This document shows positions 62,501 to 64,000 of a stretch of DNA of 64,000 nucleotides, in pieces. Every line of letters begins with the position of its first letter. Position 1 is the stretch's first letter. The DNA lies in contig CAUVXB020000001.1 in NCBI GenBank assembly GCA_963555825.3, forward strand, positions 864,001 to 928,000, in the 5' to 3' direction. Made by a program: the position numbers and the translations under genes. This DNA comes from Alphaproteobacteria bacterium (GTDB lineage Bacteria; Pseudomonadota; Alphaproteobacteria; JAAXGF01). The notes below the pieces were generated by a model that saw only the letters and a list, made by a program, of their open reading frames with translations, had not been told where the DNA came from and did no database searches.

Positions 62501-63052
62501 GTTGTCGCCGAGCATCAGCCACAAATCGGTCGGCCGGCTCTCGGCCGCCACCTTGGCCTTGTAGGCGTCGCGCACGGCCGCCGCGTCGCTGTTGGCGGTG
62601 CCCGAATCACCGATCGCCCAGATGCGTGTCGCCTGGGCGGTACCGACGATCGGCGGCGTGACGAAGCTGTAGGTCGCGTCGCCGCCGGCGTTGACGCCCG
62701 ATTCGTCGCCGATGTCGTAGTAGTAGCGCGTATCGGGCGTGAGCCCGGTCAGCGCGACCTCATGCTCGGTGACCGTGCGATCGACATCGCCCGTGCCGAG
62801 AACAACCGCCTGCTGCGACGCTGCGTTGGCCGACGAATCGAGCGCGCCCAACGTCGTGCCATAGTTGACGACCGACGTCGTCGCAGGGTCGGTGCCTTCG
62901 GTGCGCCAGCGCAGGACGATGCCGGTCGGCGTCGCGATCTGAAGATAGGGCCCGCGCTCGACCGTTGCCGCGGCGATCGTCTGACCAACACTGAATGTTC
63001 CAATGAACAGGGCGGCGAAAGCCGCGATGACCCATGCCGTCCGTATACGCAC
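59552..63052 (-). CDS. Secreted multidomain purple-acid-phosphatase-like metallophosphoesterase with Ig/FN3 and DNRLRE-like domains (1166 aa)
   Basis: GTG start after GGAGG; RGPYLQ, GDSG, GDNAY, GNHD, HHPPY, GHSHSYER; FN3 WQASSDNVGVTGYDVYRDG. Confidence 0.87.
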   Translation of the reverse strand: MRIRTAWVIAAFAALFIGTFSVGQTIAAATVERGPYLQIATPTGIVLRWRTEGTDPATTSVVNYGTTLGALDSSANAASQQAVVLGTGDVDRTVTEHEVALTGLTPDTRYYYDIGDESGVNAGGDATYSFVTPPIVGTAQATRIWAIGDSGTANSDAAAVRDAYKAKVAAESRPTDLWLMLGDNAYNDGKDYQYEVAVFDMYPELLRQAPVWPTRGNHDKSVTLGSGANAAYYDIFTLPTAGEAGGLLSGTEAYYSFDHANIHFIVLDSFGSSNAPGGAMLTWLENDLSSTDQDWVIAYWHHPPYTKGSHNSDTESRLIEMRENALPILEEYGVDLVLGGHSHSYERSFLLTGHYDVSGTLAPNMILDNGDGREGGDGAYFKDESTPIANDGAVYTVAGSSGKATGSGSLNHPAMFYSIKNLGSVVLDVDGNRLDAVFISETGQVLDSFTMINGADVTPPTILAADAGDATTVFVTYSERVDAATAEDPANYAIDQGIVVVDASHDSGLNRTTLTTSELTDGLSYTVTVNDVTDLEGNVIVTDSTAPFVLETVQSRSFQDGVAPTSLYDGTQDVYLRTLQPDTNFNNEAQLLMDGDDGGSELVALVGWDVSEIPFNATVDAASIELDVFNVSAGSYNLYAILQDWFEAEATWNSRTSSLPWGAPGASGAADRGTLVVGTLSPATSGIATIQLNADGLDLIESWVQGASPNFGFIIVSSGTNDGADVRSREASPLQRPALHVTYTLPPSGGDLDAPSVPTGLTATAQSESEVALSWQASSDNVGVTGYDVYRDGAMVTTTVTTSYTDASLDPSTTYHYAVGAFDAAGNTSGLSASDSAATFGPPGAATSVLDVEVQLKNVGKKNVAATALVAVVDETGVVGVEGATVHGRWSGLVSADQTDATGATGEANFTSPKTSKSNAGEFIFAVTDIVITGSSYDPGANVETSDCIDTDGVQCTTGPGDLPAPSGVGASAIGDTITVSWSQVSGATGYGVYRKAPGDPNFLSRGTTTATSYVDAGLAAGTHDYVVTTLDGGAGFESGFSDVASATVSDGTPMVLHVPAFDVTVSSRGKNWSGATTVTVLDAGNAPAAGATVTGLWAHEPFDGGSNDLNQVVATTDGNGQFTTKSSKLRASSGDGFRFTVSTVSRGNDTLDLASSTLTDIALVP

Positions 63053-63314
63053 CAGCCCGTCACCTCCAATTATCACAGCGAAGACCGCCGTGACACGACG
63101 GACTCCTCGACACCAGTGTACAGCCGACAGCGGCCGGGTCATCATCCTAACGGGTGACATCGCGCCAATATGGTTTGCCGGCGGGCCGCTGTCACCCGCG
63201 GAGAAGAAGGCGCCGATCGGCCACGATTGGCGATAGACAGGCCGACACGCGCCTTGCCTTTCACCGATCGATCGCCAACCATGCGCCGCGAAGGCCGCCG
63301 ACGCGGCCAGCGAC

Positions 63315-64000
63315 ATGGGAACCGCCGCCATGGCCAGGTTGACGATCGGCAACCCGACGGGGATCGCAGCGAAGCTGCGGCAGGGCCTGGCGCACCAGCG
63401 CGCCGGCCATCTGCCCGAGGCCGAAGCGGCATACCGGCGCATCCTGACGGTCGAACCGGACCACGCCGACGCCTGGCACCACCTCGGCCTCATCGCGCAC
63501 CGGCTCGGCAATTTGGACGCCGCCGAGACGATGATCGCCAGATCGATCGCGCTGAACCCCGGCTCGGCCACCTATCGCGCCAATCAAGGGCTGGTGCTGC
63601 GGCGGCACGGGCGGCTGGAAGCGGCGCTCGACGCCTATCTGAAGGCGCGCGAGATCAACGGCGACCTGGTCGAGGTCCACGTCAACCTGGGCAACCTGTA
63701 CAAGGATCTGGGCCGGACCGACGAGACGATCGCCGCCTATCGCGCGGCGCTGGCCGCCAAGCCCGGTCACGCCGCGGCCGCGTACAATCTGGGCAACACC
63801 TACAAGGACATGGGCCGGATCGACGAGGCCGCCGCGGCCTATCGCACGGCGATCGAGGCCAAACCCGAATTCGCCCGCGCCCACAACAATCTCGGCATCG
63901 TGCTCGCCGAACGCGGCCACGCGGAAGAGGCGCTCGCCGCATACCGCGCGGCGGTCGAACACAAACCGGACTTTGCCGAGCCCCACAGCAACATCGGCAA
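63315..64000 (+). CDS. TPR-repeat protein, 3' partial
   Basis: Open frame to window end: AEAAYRRILTVEPDHADAWHHLG, VNLGNLYKDLGR, YNLGNTY, HNNLG. Confidence 0.85.
   Translation, partial: MGTAAMARLTIGNPTGIAAKLRQGLAHQRAGHLPEAEAAYRRILTVEPDHADAWHHLGLIAHRLGNLDAAETMIARSIALNPGSATYRANQGLVLRRHGRLEAALDAYLKAREINGDLVEVHVNLGNLYKDLGRTDETIAAYRAALAAKPGHAAAAYNLGNTYKDMGRIDEAAAAYRTAIEAKPEFARAHNNLGIVLAERGHAEEALAAYRAAVEHKPDFAEPHSNIG

Overview
GC-rich, probably alphaproteobacterial chromosomal segment (taxonomy inferred from gene content only). About a quarter of it (~15.5 kb) is insertion sequence: 11 copies of 6 types. These are IS1182-like x3, a two-ORF IS3/IS481-like element with 14-bp target duplications x3, IS630 x2, IS256, IS1380 and IS3. 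The backbone carries amidohydrolase/creatinase genes, a CoA-dependent alicyclic/aromatic-acid catabolic cluster (two PaaK-like ligases, ACAD, crotonases, SDRs, BVMO, MaoC), aminotransferases and several TPR/Sel1/CHAT proteins. Most notable: (1) both terminal inverted repeats of one IS256 are interrupted by identical IS1182-like copies at exactly IR positions 12-18, suggesting an IS that targets the ends of another IS. (2) A six-copy structured intergenic repeat shows compensatory base changes and a short module present 0-7 times in either orientation; both IS630 copies sit in its terminal CTAG. (3) A Septu/PtuAB-like ATPase+HNH cassette can be reconstructed from under three IS insertions and one frameshift. 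Several backbone frameshifts are repairable by lengthening a homopolymer and may be sequencing errors. No rRNA, tRNA or CRISPR array was seen.
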